The notes under the pieces were generated by a model. That model was not told where the DNA came from. It made no database searches and was given only the letters and a program-made list of their open reading frames with translations. This document shows, piece after piece, positions 10,418-20,086 of a stretch of 64,000 nucleotides of DNA (its first letter is position 1; every line of letters begins with the position of its first letter). The translations under genes were made by a program, and so were the position numbers. Source of the stretch: Nitrosopumilus sp. (GTDB taxonomy: Archaea > Thermoproteota > Nitrososphaeria > Nitrososphaerales > Nitrosopumilaceae); contig OZ244651.1 of NCBI GenBank assembly GCA_965218695.1, forward strand, positions 672,001 to 736,000, read 5' to 3'.

Positions 10418-11680
10418 CTACTGGAACGGATCAATGAATGGGCAGTTGACGATATGGTCGCTGTCCATCGGACGGGCTACGTTGATGTTGATCAGCCCCT
10501 CCTCCTGGTGCGCCTGTATGTCGCCTATGCTCTCTAGAAGCAGTGCCTGTTCTGGGTTCTCCCACCCTACCATGAAGATTCTCCACATGGGGGAGTAGTT
10601 GATGTCGCCTGGGGCGCCGGATGCTATTCCCGGCTGGAATCCGAGCGGGCCGGAGCCCGTGATTCCGTTTCTGAACTGGAACAGGTCAACTGCGGCTGCA
10701 TTTGCAATCATGTTTGCAGAGGTTGGTGTGTAAACTACGCCCATGCCGCCTGCAGGTCCGCTTGGAGTGGCGTCCGTGACGATGTAGTATATTGTCCTGC
10801 CGTCAGGTCCCCATCCGCGGTGGGCGATGAACGTGACTGTCATCTCCTCGGTGTCGATGTCGAGCACCTGCCCTCCGCCGTACGGCGTGTCGTGTTCCAG
10901 ATTTTCAGCCTCATTTATCATCATCTGGCCTTCTGGCCATACGATGTGCGGCATGTTCATGATGACCGGAAGCTCGGACAGCGTAACTTCGCCGCCTTCG
11001 ACTGCATCCAGTACCGCAGCCTCCGAGTCAAGTACCCTCGGAACCGTGTCTGCATGCCACGTCACGTGTATGTGCGCAGTCAGCGCGCTGTATGTGTCTG
11101 TCTGTGCGGGGGTGCTCGTGAAGATCTCTCCTTGGAACCTATGCACGCCGTCGCCTTCGATGCCGTTGGTGAACAGGTATGTCGTTGAGAGCGCCTCCTC
11201 GGGGGCGTGCTTCAGCAGGGGAGCAAGTTCCACCTGCCATCCCTGGCTTGCGGTGACTATATCCGCATGCGTGGGATCACTGGAATCGGTGATGATGAAG
11301 TAAACCTCCTCACCGTCATAGTAGCCCTGGTGCATCGGGATCGTCGCCGGAACGTTTGCCCTTGAGAGCTTGAGCACGGAACCCGGGTCAGCCTCAACGG
11401 CATCCCCGGTCGTCTCCTCGACCACCTCTTCTGGCATCGGTTCGGTCATCATCTCGTCAGTTGCCTCATCGGGCACAGGAACCGGGTTCGAATAGGTGGA
11501 CACGCCAAGTTGTGCAATCCATGCATCCCTTCCTCCGGGGAAGTCAGAGCACAGCTGCAGTCCGCATATTTCTGCAGAGCCGGACGAGGCCGCCTCTGCG
11601 CCGGTATAGTCTGTTCCCAGCCCCGTTAGAAACAGGGGCAGCACCGCAAGAACTGCGATGTATTTAAGACTTGTAGTCAT
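10418..11680 (-). CDS. Secreted protein with two repeated domains (GYYDG..VYFIITD / GWGPDG..IYYIVTD; YS.L / YSPMW; VNCP). Its start codon is cut off from the native upstream region by three ISs
   Basis: Signal peptide MTTSLKYIAVLAVLPLFLTG. The ATG at 11680 lies inside the IS target duplications. Confidence 0.8.
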   Translation of the reverse strand: MTTSLKYIAVLAVLPLFLTGLGTDYTGAEAASSGSAEICGLQLCSDFPGGRDAWIAQLGVSTYSNPVPVPDEATDEMMTEPMPEEVVEETTGDAVEADPGSVLKLSRANVPATIPMHQGYYDGEEVYFIITDSSDPTHADIVTASQGWQVELAPLLKHAPEEALSTTYLFTNGIEGDGVHRFQGEIFTSTPAQTDTYSALTAHIHVTWHADTVPRVLDSEAAVLDAVEGGEVTLSELPVIMNMPHIVWPEGQMMINEAENLEHDTPYGGGQVLDIDTEEMTVTFIAHRGWGPDGRTIYYIVTDATPSGPAGGMGVVYTPTSANMIANAAAVDLFQFRNGITGSGPLGFQPGIASGAPGDINYSPMWRIFMVGWENPEQALLLESIGDIQAHQEEGLININVARPMDSDHIVNCPFIDPFQ

Positions 11681-11686
11681 GAGGTT

Positions 11687-13225
11687 GTATGAATTCACCT
11701 GCCCCTTATATCAGTCGACCAACTTCTTCGGCCACGCTCTTGCCATGTGCCCTCCACGTGAGGACGCACGTGACAAAATCTGCAAGGCGCTTCATGGCCT
11801 TGGAGCCGCCCTTGGTCTGCCCGCTTATCTTGCGGAACACCACCAGGTAGCGCAGCGCCCTCTCGCTGGCGTTGTTTGTAGGCTCGACGCCGGGATGCTC
11901 CAGGAACGCAAACATGCGGTGCAGGTGCCTCTCGAGCTTGTCCAGCACCTTTTGCATGTCGTCATCGTCACCACCACCACCGGCATCGCGGTACCGGTCA
12001 AGCACGTCCTGCATGGTGCGGTTCATCGTATGCCGCAGCTGTGGCGAGCGCGCCTCCTGCGCGGCCAGCAGTTTTGCCCTCTCAAACACCCACTTGTGGT
12101 CCTCGTGGAGCTGCTGCTGCCGCCGCCGGACACGTTTGGTCTCGGGAGGCACGGCGCAGTATTTTTCTGCCAGGTGCCTTGTCTGCCGGAGGTCGTGCGC
12201 CCAGCACGACTGGTGCATGCCGTCCTTGTCAAACCTGTCATATCCGGTGTACCCGTCAGTTATCGCCACCCCGTCAAATTTGTCCATGGCATCGAGCATG
12301 AGCGTGGCCCTGCTCTGGCTGATGTTTATTGCGATGTTTTTGCCCGACTGTGCCACGTTTGCGTGTACCTTCTGGCCGTCGTTTCGCCAGCTGGTTTCGT
12401 CAAACCCGGCACAGTCAGAAGCCTCCACTTCCCCGAGGATCCTGCCTGCCTCGTGGCCCGAGGCGTCCCCGACGCGTGCCATGATGTTGTTGACGGTGGA
12501 TCCTGCAAGCATAATGCCCGTTATGGAGCGCACCGCGACCGAGATTCCCTTGAGCGGCACCCGTGCCGCGCGCAGTTCTGAGACGAGTCCGACCATGCCC
12601 TTGCCGAAGTTGCCCCGCCGCGGCAGGTCGTTTGGAGCATCTTCCCTGCGGCCGCATGAGCCGCATACTGCAGTCTCCACGCGGTGCCGCGTCTCGCACG
12701 CAGTCACCCTGATGTCCGTGATGTCCCGCACGCGCGGACTGCCAATCGCCATCCGGCCGCCGCCGCACCCGCATTCCGGGAGCACCGGCACCCGCCTCCT
12801 GCCCGACTTCCTGCGCCCGAACCTGTGGGATACGGTCCTTTCCGGGTCGTGGGGGCGCGACGCCCCCGCGTGTCCCTTTCTTCCCCCGCGCTTGGATTTG
12901 CCCTCCTTTTCCTGTTTTTTTGCCCGCTCCCTCTTCTGGGCCTTCCATTCCAGGGATTCAGATGAGGGCGGCGTGTTGGGGTTTGTATAGTATGTCATGA
13001 GGCGTTCGCTGTACCCCAAGGCCCTTTCAAGACGTTCTATCCTGCCAAGTGCCTTCTCAAGATCGGATTTGAGGGTGGCAATCTCCCGGTTCCGTGCTAG
13101 GAGTTCCTCTTTTAGCTGGTCCCTGCTCATGTGCCGTGAATTTACCATGTAAAGTGATGTGTATTGCCAGCATATGGATCAGTATGATCATTTTTTTGTG
13201 ACAGGAAGGACAGGTGAATTCATAC
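11687..13225 (-). mobile_element. IS66 family, single-ORF (ISBst12-like) element
   Basis: 15-bp TIR gtatgaattcacctg / caggtgaattcatac and 8-bp TSD atgaggtt (11679-11686 and 13226-13233). Confidence 0.95.
11706..13148 (-). CDS. IS66 family transposase (TnpC-like)
   Basis: Coiled coil, NTPPSS, GGRKGHAG, Zn finger, DETSW, TDGY, QSCWAH and PTNNASERALR. Confidence 0.95.
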   Translation of the reverse strand: MVNSRHMSRDQLKEELLARNREIATLKSDLEKALGRIERLERALGYSERLMTYYTNPNTPPSSESLEWKAQKRERAKKQEKEGKSKRGGRKGHAGASRPHDPERTVSHRFGRRKSGRRRVPVLPECGCGGGRMAIGSPRVRDITDIRVTACETRHRVETAVCGSCGRREDAPNDLPRRGNFGKGMVGLVSELRAARVPLKGISVAVRSITGIMLAGSTVNNIMARVGDASGHEAGRILGEVEASDCAGFDETSWRNDGQKVHANVAQSGKNIAINISQSRATLMLDAMDKFDGVAITDGYTGYDRFDKDGMHQSCWAHDLRQTRHLAEKYCAVPPETKRVRRRQQQLHEDHKWVFERAKLLAAQEARSPQLRHTMNRTMQDVLDRYRDAGGGGDDDDMQKVLDKLERHLHRMFAFLEHPGVEPTNNASERALRYLVVFRKISGQTKGGSKAMKRLADFVTCVLTWRAHGKSVAEEVGRLI

Positions 13226-13429
13226 ATGAGGTTCTCCTGCATCATCGGTTGGTGGCACAAATTCAGGATCTTCTCCAGATTTACTTGCCTGTTTTACGCA
13301 CCGTTATGCCATTCCCCATTAAATCATAATTCCTCTAGGGAGAATCTGCCAGTTGTGATGGATAATCCCAGTCATTGCCATGACATGCATTGATGGGACA
13401 TCCATCACGCCAAGGCCAGTCTGGGCTAC

Positions 13430-13508
13430 GTGTGTCGCTGCCGTTGCTACAGCTGCCGTTGCTACTGCTGCTGCTGCGACTACGCTGCTGCTGCAGCAGC
13501 TGCTGCAT
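13430..13508. repeat. Low-complexity GCT/GCA-rich tract at the 3' end of the IS6 transposase (poly-Ala tail)
   Basis: gctgccgttgctacagctgccgttgctactgctgctgctg...gctgctgctgcagcagctgctgc. Confidence 0.6.
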
Positions 13509-14625
13509 TACTGATGAGGGTGATCTGCTTGTCCGTTCCAGATATGACGATCCCTGCGGCCTCTGCGGGTGTAATTTTGCCAATGCCGCCATGGGGGCGG
13601 AAAAAGTTGTGGTGGACGATCATCAGCCGCACAAGCGCGGGACTTTCTGTCCCGAACTCGCGGGCGGTCTTGATGCGATCCTTGAATTCGCCGTTAAGCC
13701 TCTCGTGCTTGTTGTTATGACTGAAGCGGTTCTTCAGGTGAATCTCCCGGACGTGGATCAGCCTGAAGCCGTTGCGTCTCCAAAACGCCCTGCGGGCGGC
13801 AGGACAAAACGCCTGCAGGCCGTCTGTTACCAGCACCCACGGGGTGGTTCCGGCCAGATTCCTTGCGGCTGCAAACAGGGGGGCGGGTCTGTAGTTGAGT
13901 TTTGTCTCAGACACGTCATGGGACAGTATGAACCTGCTGGCGCCGTCCATGACGGCAAAAAGCCACCGCGCCTGCGCGCGAACCTTGAAATGTATCTCGT
14001 CGCAGTGCCACTTGTAGCTCGTGCGCGGCTGCAGCCGCCTTGAATATTCATCCATCAGCGTCGAATAATGTGCAGTCCACCTGTATATCGTGCTTGAATG
14101 CACGGTTGTTCCGTCCTGTGCCATCACTGCCTGCACCGCAGCGCAGGACAGCCCGTACGCTGCCTCCCTGAGTGCCCGGGATATCGCCTCTGGGCCGGCA
14201 TGGCGCTTCTTGAAGCCCGGCCGTCCGGAGAATGTCCGGCCGCACGGCTTACACCGGTACCGCCGGATCGGCCCGTACGCGTTGTGTCGGTGCCCGTTGC
14301 GTGCAAACACAGTCGACTTGCAATGGTGGCATGCAGTCTGAGGCATGCTAATGACAATTGTATTTTGGTTCCTGCACCGGTCCCACATCCGGCCAAGCAA
14401 CACGTCCACTGCCCGCACGTGCTTGCACAGGCCGTCACAATTGACGTAATGCTGGCACGCGCATACAAACCCGGCAGAGCCAAGAATCACCAGATACCAC
14501 AGTCCTGGAATAGACTGCGATGCCACATTCCATCGTCTGAGACTTGTCATCCTCACCTGCTTTGGGTCGTTGCTGATCACCTGTCCCTGCCTTGCCGCCG
14601 TTTTGGCGCGTTTTGCCCTGTTCAT
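13480..14625 (-). CDS. IS6 family DDE transposase with N-terminal SWIM-like and Zn-ribbon domains
   Basis: CACQH...CKH, CHHC...YRCKPCGRTF, TIYRW, WHCDE, VTDGL, NNKHERLNGEFK and HNFFRPH...TPAEAAG. Confidence 0.9.
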   Translation of the reverse strand: MNRAKRAKTAARQGQVISNDPKQVRMTSLRRWNVASQSIPGLWYLVILGSAGFVCACQHYVNCDGLCKHVRAVDVLLGRMWDRCRNQNTIVISMPQTACHHCKSTVFARNGHRHNAYGPIRRYRCKPCGRTFSGRPGFKKRHAGPEAISRALREAAYGLSCAAVQAVMAQDGTTVHSSTIYRWTAHYSTLMDEYSRRLQPRTSYKWHCDEIHFKVRAQARWLFAVMDGASRFILSHDVSETKLNYRPAPLFAAARNLAGTTPWVLVTDGLQAFCPAARRAFWRRNGFRLIHVREIHLKNRFSHNNKHERLNGEFKDRIKTAREFGTESPALVRLMIVHHNFFRPHGGIGKITPAEAAGIVISGTDKQITLISNAAAAAAAA

Positions 14626-14696
14626 AAATAAACCAATTGGTATTATTACATAGATCTTTCTACCAGTCTTAAATAACAGGCAGCTAAAAAAAATTC

Positions 14697-14873
14697 ATGA
14701 CCCAGTGGGCCAAAGACGCCAAGGAATTTACCGTTTCTGTGATCAAAAACGAGAAGCGTCTGACAAACTACAGCTACATACCAAAACCGATACTTGAAAT
14801 GCTTGGCAATCCCGACAAACTAAAGTTTGTCATTTCCGGTGATGACATAATGGTGCGCAGGCCAGACGAGTGA
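14697..14873 (+). CDS. 58-aa AbrB/SpoVT-like small protein carried inside the IS6 (not in the ORF track)
   Basis: MTQWAKDAKEFTVSVIKNEKRLTNYSYIPKPILEMLGNPDKLKFVISGDDIMVRRPDE*. Divergent from the transposase; the stop abuts the TIR. Confidence 0.7.
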   Translation: MTQWAKDAKEFTVSVIKNEKRLTNYSYIPKPILEMLGNPDKLKFVISGDDIMVRRPDE

Positions 14874-14941
14874 ATCTGGAGAAGATCCTGATTTTGTGTC
14901 ACCAACCGATGATGCAGGAGAACCTAGTCATGATGAAAAAC

Positions 14942-16373
14942 TGTATAGTCCCGAAAGTTGTTCACCCCCCACATGAGGCTCCGGCCCGGGGTGGACATGC
15001 CCAATGAAGGACATTATCCGCGGCATGGCATCGCGTGCAAGATTACTGGGAAATGCAGTCAGCCTGTCCCTTACCAGAAACGACGGTGTGTGGGTTTCCC
15101 GTCGGTGGAGACGCTCGGCCGTGTGGCGTCATATAGGAAGACGGAGAGTGCGAGTGATGAAAAAGCTTGACCAGTCCAAAGTCGAATGGATCATACAAGA
15201 AAAGCGCAAGAATTCCCGCAACAAAGAGATTGCAGCAAGCATGGGAGTGTCGGTCCGCTGGGTCCAAAAGCTGTGGAAGAGGTACAGGGACAAGGATCGG
15301 ATCGCGTATCCTGCTCCCATGGGCAGGCCCAAAAAGTGCGCGCCCGGGAGGCGGGATCATTCGGCGGTTTTATCGGCTGCGTCCACTGCAGTCCACGGGG
15401 CAGCGTCCCTGGAGCGCATCATAAAGTCGCTTACAGGAATACATATCCCACACAACGTCCTGCACAGGATATTGAAGGATGCCGATTTTGCAGACACCCA
15501 GCCAAGGAAGAGCCAGCGCCGCAAGTGGATCCGCTACGAGCGCGAGCACTCCAACTCGATGTGGCACACAGACTACAAACAGCTTGACGACGGCAGGTGG
15601 TTCCTGTGCTATGAAGACGACGCCTCGCGCTTCGTGACCGGATTTGGGGTATTTGAGGAGGCGACAACCGAAAACGCCCTGAAGGTGCTCGACGAGGCCA
15701 TAAAAAATTACGGCAAGCCCGCATCGATCCTGACTGACCGCGGCGCCCAGTTCTATGCCACGGAATCCGAGGTCAAGAAGAAGGGAGCCTCCAGGTTCGA
15801 GCAGAGGCTAGTCGAGCTTGGAATCAGGCACATACTGGCGCGCGTGCGGCACCCCCAAACCAACGGCAAGCTGGAGCGCCTGCACGGGGAGATGCAGCGC
15901 AAGCTGCGCCGGTTCGAGGCGGCATCTTCTGCCAAGACCAGGCGCGGCGCCTCAGGGGATTCCCACGTTGGAGGGCCGTTTTGCACCGCGCCAGCAAAGG
16001 ATCCCGTGGAGCGGTTCATGGAGTGGTACAACCACGACCGGCCGCACATGTCCCTTGACTGGGACAACCTCGAGACCCCGGCGCAGGCATTCGAAAGAAA
16101 GATGCCCCCTGCAGGAGAGATGGTAGTGGACGGCCAGACCGGTGAGGAATACCGCGCAGAATAGCTGTCCGGCACGACGTCACAACCGCGCCCCATCCTG
16201 GGGGATGTTGCGCACAATTTTTTGAAAGTCGCCATGCGTGGAGTGGAAATGACAAAAATTCATGATTCCGGACGCAGGATCCAACACAAGACAATTATGC
16301 AACAGCCGGCAACATCAAACATGGAAGTACCTCCAAGTCTTGGAGGGGGGCGAACTACTTTCGGGATCCCACA
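14942..16373 (+). mobile_element. IS481 family element
   Basis: TGT...ACA ends. Imperfect TIR tgtatagtcccgaaagttgttcacccccc / tgtgggatcccgaaagtagttcgcccccc. 15-bp TSD gtcatgatgaaaaac (14927-14941 and 16374-16388). Confidence 0.92.
15004..16164 (+). CDS. IS481 family (rve) transposase; true start uncertain, possibly near 15157
   Basis: HTH, RYER..SNSMWHTD, EDDASR, ILTDRG.QF, PQTNGKLERLH and YN.DRPHMSL. Confidence 0.93.
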   Translation: MKDIIRGMASRARLLGNAVSLSLTRNDGVWVSRRWRRSAVWRHIGRRRVRVMKKLDQSKVEWIIQEKRKNSRNKEIAASMGVSVRWVQKLWKRYRDKDRIAYPAPMGRPKKCAPGRRDHSAVLSAASTAVHGAASLERIIKSLTGIHIPHNVLHRILKDADFADTQPRKSQRRKWIRYEREHSNSMWHTDYKQLDDGRWFLCYEDDASRFVTGFGVFEEATTENALKVLDEAIKNYGKPASILTDRGAQFYATESEVKKKGASRFEQRLVELGIRHILARVRHPQTNGKLERLHGEMQRKLRRFEAASSAKTRRGASGDSHVGGPFCTAPAKDPVERFMEWYNHDRPHMSLDWDNLETPAQAFERKMPPAGEMVVDGQTGEEYRAE

Positions 16374-16490
16374 GTCATGATGAAAAACTTCTGCGATGTC
16401 TTAAAACAGTTTATCCCAATTTGTGGCAGGGCTGCCAGTACCCGGATTCATGCTTGGGATTGCCGGCCTGCCACACATTCGTAGACCCCA

Positions 16491-17111
16491 TCATCCAAGC
16501 CCCGAGAACCTATTTTCCACATAGTCCCAGTTGACAGCATCCCACCACGCATCCACGTAGTCAGGTGTCCTGTCCTGGTATCTGGAACAGTACGCGTGTT
16601 CCCACACGTCAAGGCACAGGAGGGGCGTCCTCTGGAACATCCAGGGGCTGTCGTTGTTTTGGGTCGTCATGATCTCAATCCTGCTGTACGTGGGATTGAA
16701 TGCAAGCCAGCACCATCCGCTGCCCGCAATGCCTGATGCCTCTTGTGAAAATGTACTCCTAAAGTCTTCAAAGCCGTCAAAGTAGACGTCGATGGCGTCC
16801 CCCAGCAGGCCGCCCGGGGAGCCGCCGCCGTCAGGCCCCAGCACGTCCCAGAACATCCTGTGGTTCTCAAAGCCCCCTCCAAAGAAGCGCACCGCGTCCC
16901 GTGCGGATTCGGGCACGGATCCCAGGTCCGACAGGATTGCCGAGATGTGCTTCGGGTGCGACCTGCCGCCAATCTCGTCCAAGGCGCGGTTCAGCCCGTC
17001 GACGCATTCCTGGTGGAACGCTTCATGGTGAATCCTCAGCGTCTCCGAATCCACAAACGGCTCCAGGCAGTCATGCCCGTAGGCCAGCCTGGGAAGCTCG
17101 TAGAGGACCAT
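16491..17111 (-). CDS. sod: Fe/Mn superoxide dismutase homolog with atypical second-sphere residues
   Basis: YELPRLAY...LEP...ETLRIHH, GGGFENHRMFW, GSGWCWL, TTQNND and DVWEHAY. Confidence 0.88.
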   Translation of the reverse strand: MVLYELPRLAYGHDCLEPFVDSETLRIHHEAFHQECVDGLNRALDEIGGRSHPKHISAILSDLGSVPESARDAVRFFGGGFENHRMFWDVLGPDGGGSPGGLLGDAIDVYFDGFEDFRSTFSQEASGIAGSGWCWLAFNPTYSRIEIMTTQNNDSPWMFQRTPLLCLDVWEHAYCSRYQDRTPDYVDAWWDAVNWDYVENRFSGLG

Positions 17112-17267
17112 GCACCGGGTTAACCCGCGCCACATATAATCCCAAATACGCATCGTCCCCGTCTGGACCAGGCATGCCATTCGGGTGCAGGCAGTCCCCT
17201 GCACGTCCCCCGGAATCATTCCAACCTGTGGAAAGGATGATAAATCCTGCACGCCGCCACACACACC

Positions 17268-17885
17268 ATGAGAAGACTTGGCACCACGGATCTGGAGATT
17301 CTGCATCTTGCGGTGAGCCGCGGCGGCACGTTTAATGAAAACGATCTTGAACGCTCCAGCCTGAAGAGGCTCGGGGTGGGAAGGATCCTGGATGCGCTGG
17401 CATCGCTCAAGGACAGGGACATGATATCACTCAACCGAGACAGGACGTTTTCGATCACCAGGCAGGCAAGGGCGATACTGTGGACTCTGGACGTTCCGGT
17501 ATGGGCAAGGGTGCTGCGCCTGCTTCAGATAAGATCGTGCAGCATGGCACAGGCATCAGACATACTCAGAGTCGGCCAGGACAGGCTTGAGCCAGTCATG
17601 GAGGAACTGAGAAGGAGGCAGTACGTGCTGATGTCCCCGCAGAGGCGGGAGGGGAGCCTGCTCAGGATGTACGAGATACTTCCCGACGGGGTGCAGAGGA
17701 TAGACAGGACAGAGTCGGAGGGCTTTGGAGAGGATGGGCTTGGAGGTGCAGGATCCGAGGGATCAGAGGCCACGGTCCTAATCGACGAGATTCAGGCGGC
17801 AGTCTCAAAGTCTGCAATGAGCCAGGCAGAAAAGGACAAAATCACAGAAAGGATCGCCGCACTGAAGAAGAGTATCGGGATCTGA
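17268..17885 (+). CDS. Hypothetical protein with probable winged-helix domains
   Basis: Long ORF with RILDALASLKDRDMISL and EELRRRQYV...MYEILPDG wHTH-like segments. Confidence 0.7.
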   Translation: MRRLGTTDLEILHLAVSRGGTFNENDLERSSLKRLGVGRILDALASLKDRDMISLNRDRTFSITRQARAILWTLDVPVWARVLRLLQIRSCSMAQASDILRVGQDRLEPVMEELRRRQYVLMSPQRREGSLLRMYEILPDGVQRIDRTESEGFGEDGLGGAGSEGSEATVLIDEIQAAVSKSAMSQAEKDKITERIAALKKSIGI

Positions 17886-17888
17886 GAC

Positions 17889-19613
17889 CTACTTTGAGTA
17901 GATCCGGTCCTGGATCTGCGCCAGTATCAGTTCGGCCTTCTCCTTGTTCTCAAAGCTCTCAGAGGATTCGTCCATTATCTCGTCAATCTCGTACGTCTTG
18001 TCGACAAGCACGTCGGCCACGTGGTCGTCTAGGGTGCCGCTTCCGATGAGATAGTATGCAAATACAGTGTTCTTCTGGCCGATCCTGTGAAGCCTGTCTT
18101 CTGCCTGCCTGTGGATTGCAGGGCTCCAGTCAAGCTCGGCAAAGATCACGTACTTTGCCTGGGTCAGGTTGATTCCCACGTTTCCGGCCCGGATCCCTGC
18201 AATCATCAGTTTTGATGCGCCGCTTTGGAACGTGTCTATGCTGACCTGCCTGTCTGCGTCTGACTGCCCCCCGATGATCGAGACCGGCGAGAACTCGTGC
18301 AGGTTCTCGTGGAGGAGCCGGTGTATCAGCCTGTGGTGGCAGAACACCACCACGCTCTCCTCGATCTCCATGATGTTCTTGACAAAGTTTATCACGTGGG
18401 GCAGCTTTGCGACCCCGGCTATCTGCCGCTCGCTCTGAATCGCCCGGTAGTATGAGGCGGACTTTGAAAACTCGGTGTCTGCCTTCTTTTGCTCCTCCTC
18501 GAGGGTCTTCCATATCTTGTCCAACTCCTCGAGGTAGTACTCGGTGTCGGATGCTATGATCTCCTTGTAGCGTACCTTGTCCTTGAGCTCCTTGAGCACG
18601 TCGGATTTCTTTCTCCGGAGCATGACGTGCTTTTGCAGCTCGTTTCGAAGCGAGGCGCGCTTGTTCTCAAGGACTATCGCCCTGCCCTTGTCATTCACAT
18701 AGCAGAAATATTCGCAAAACTCCTTGAAGCTTCCAAGCAGGCCGGGCCGTATTATGTCGATGATCGGCCATATCTCCGAGCCGCGGTTGTAGATCGGGGT
18801 TCCTGACAGGCCTATCCTGTACAGTACGGAGGGCAGGGCTGCAAGCTTTTTGACTGCCTTGTACTTCTGGGTCGTCTTTGATCTCAGGTTGTGCACCTCG
18901 TCGCACACTATGGTCCGGATTCCAAGCCGGGCTATGTCGCCGCACCGCTTGAAGAGCAGGTCGTAGTTTATCAGGTAAATGTCAGTCTTTGGCAGCTTCT
19001 CGGACTTTCCCGTGCGGATGGTCGTGACGCTGGGGGAACGCGACTCTTGTATCCTGCCGTTTCTGCTCTTCTTTTTGAGAAACTTTTCAATCTCCCTCTC
19101 CCAGTTGTTCAGGGTTACCAGCGGGGCCACCACGAGTATGGGAAGCGTCTGTTTCTCCGTGGCCGCGTACGCCAGGGTCTGGACCGTCTTGCCAAGGCCC
19201 ATCTCGTCTGCCAGCAGCGCGTTGCCTGAGGACTTTATCAGAAAGTCCAGGCCCTCCTTTTGAAAGTTCAGCAGCCTGCCCCGAAACTGCGGGCCCGGTT
19301 TTGCGCGGCTGAGGTTGTACCGGGGGGATGGCGCAACGGGCTTGGGTTTTATGGTCTTTATTATCTTCCTCTGCCAGACCGACTTTGAGAGGATCGCAAG
19401 CGGGTACCTGTCCAAGATGAACTTGAGGTGCCTGACGTTCTCTGTGCTGTCAGGCACTATCACCTCGCCTGCGCTCTCGCCGTACCATGCCTCAGGAACC
19501 AGCCTTGCAATCATGTTCACCGCCCGATCGCCTGTAATCTTCCAGCTCCACACCTTGGAGTACCTGTCAAGAACGTACTCTAGCGTACCGATTGTCTTCA
19601 TGGATGTTTCCAT
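17889..19613 (-). CDS. SNF2-family helicase/ATPase
   Basis: LLADEMGLGKT, DEVH, LSGTP, MLRRKK and QAEDRLHRIGQ. Confidence 0.96.
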   Translation of the reverse strand: METSMKTIGTLEYVLDRYSKVWSWKITGDRAVNMIARLVPEAWYGESAGEVIVPDSTENVRHLKFILDRYPLAILSKSVWQRKIIKTIKPKPVAPSPRYNLSRAKPGPQFRGRLLNFQKEGLDFLIKSSGNALLADEMGLGKTVQTLAYAATEKQTLPILVVAPLVTLNNWEREIEKFLKKKSRNGRIQESRSPSVTTIRTGKSEKLPKTDIYLINYDLLFKRCGDIARLGIRTIVCDEVHNLRSKTTQKYKAVKKLAALPSVLYRIGLSGTPIYNRGSEIWPIIDIIRPGLLGSFKEFCEYFCYVNDKGRAIVLENKRASLRNELQKHVMLRRKKSDVLKELKDKVRYKEIIASDTEYYLEELDKIWKTLEEEQKKADTEFSKSASYYRAIQSERQIAGVAKLPHVINFVKNIMEIEESVVVFCHHRLIHRLLHENLHEFSPVSIIGGQSDADRQVSIDTFQSGASKLMIAGIRAGNVGINLTQAKYVIFAELDWSPAIHRQAEDRLHRIGQKNTVFAYYLIGSGTLDDHVADVLVDKTYEIDEIMDESSESFENKEKAELILAQIQDRIYSK

Positions 19614-20086
19614 AGTTTGAGGTTAGGGTGTTGTTTTGATTTATGAATCTTGGGTATTGGCAAGCGTGGGGGGGGGGCTCGTCCGGCAGTCGTCGTCTGG
19701 TCCTCCAACCGCATGCTCTTGGCGCCACGACAGGCACCAGTCAGGCACAAGCTGCGCTGTGTCCTGACTGGCCTCAACGGCTTGGAGGGCGTGTGAGGCC
19801 GGGAATCAGTGGGAACGTCCGACCGGATGGGATTTTGTGTTCTCGTCATGGCAGTCACAGGAACACAGGTAGGTCTTGTGGCTGTTCAGGCAGTCAATAC
19901 ATTCAAAGTGTCTTCTCGTCTCGCATGCAGCACAGATCATCCAATAGTATTGGAGACGGATGAATTTAGTTTTTTCCAGGCAGGTGGCCGCGTACGTGCC
20001 CAGACTTCAGTCAGGCACACGAGTGAATGCCGGGAACGCTCGTGCCCAGGCTTGGCGTGGAGCCGGGCACGCGAAAGGCCGCATGC

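Larger units (their letters stand above)
13230..14924 (-). mobile_element. IS6 family element with 52-bp TIRs and a passenger ORF
   Basis: TIR ggttctcctgcatcatcggttggtg(g/a)cacaaa(t/a)tcaggatcttctccagatt, 50/52 identical. 9-bp TSD tagtcatga (11674-11682 and 14925-14933). Confidence 0.9.

Noticed and set aside
11658-12990. Long plus-strand ORFs (307 and 372 aa) and similar long antisense ORFs such as 7448-8569 and 35505-36341
   Set aside because: They are shadow frames opposite well-supported genes in GC-rich DNA.
19620-20080. Long spacer with a hairpin (ccagtcagg...cctgactgg, 19737-19771) as a possible ncRNA
   Set aside because: A single short stem with no recognisable RNA family motif.
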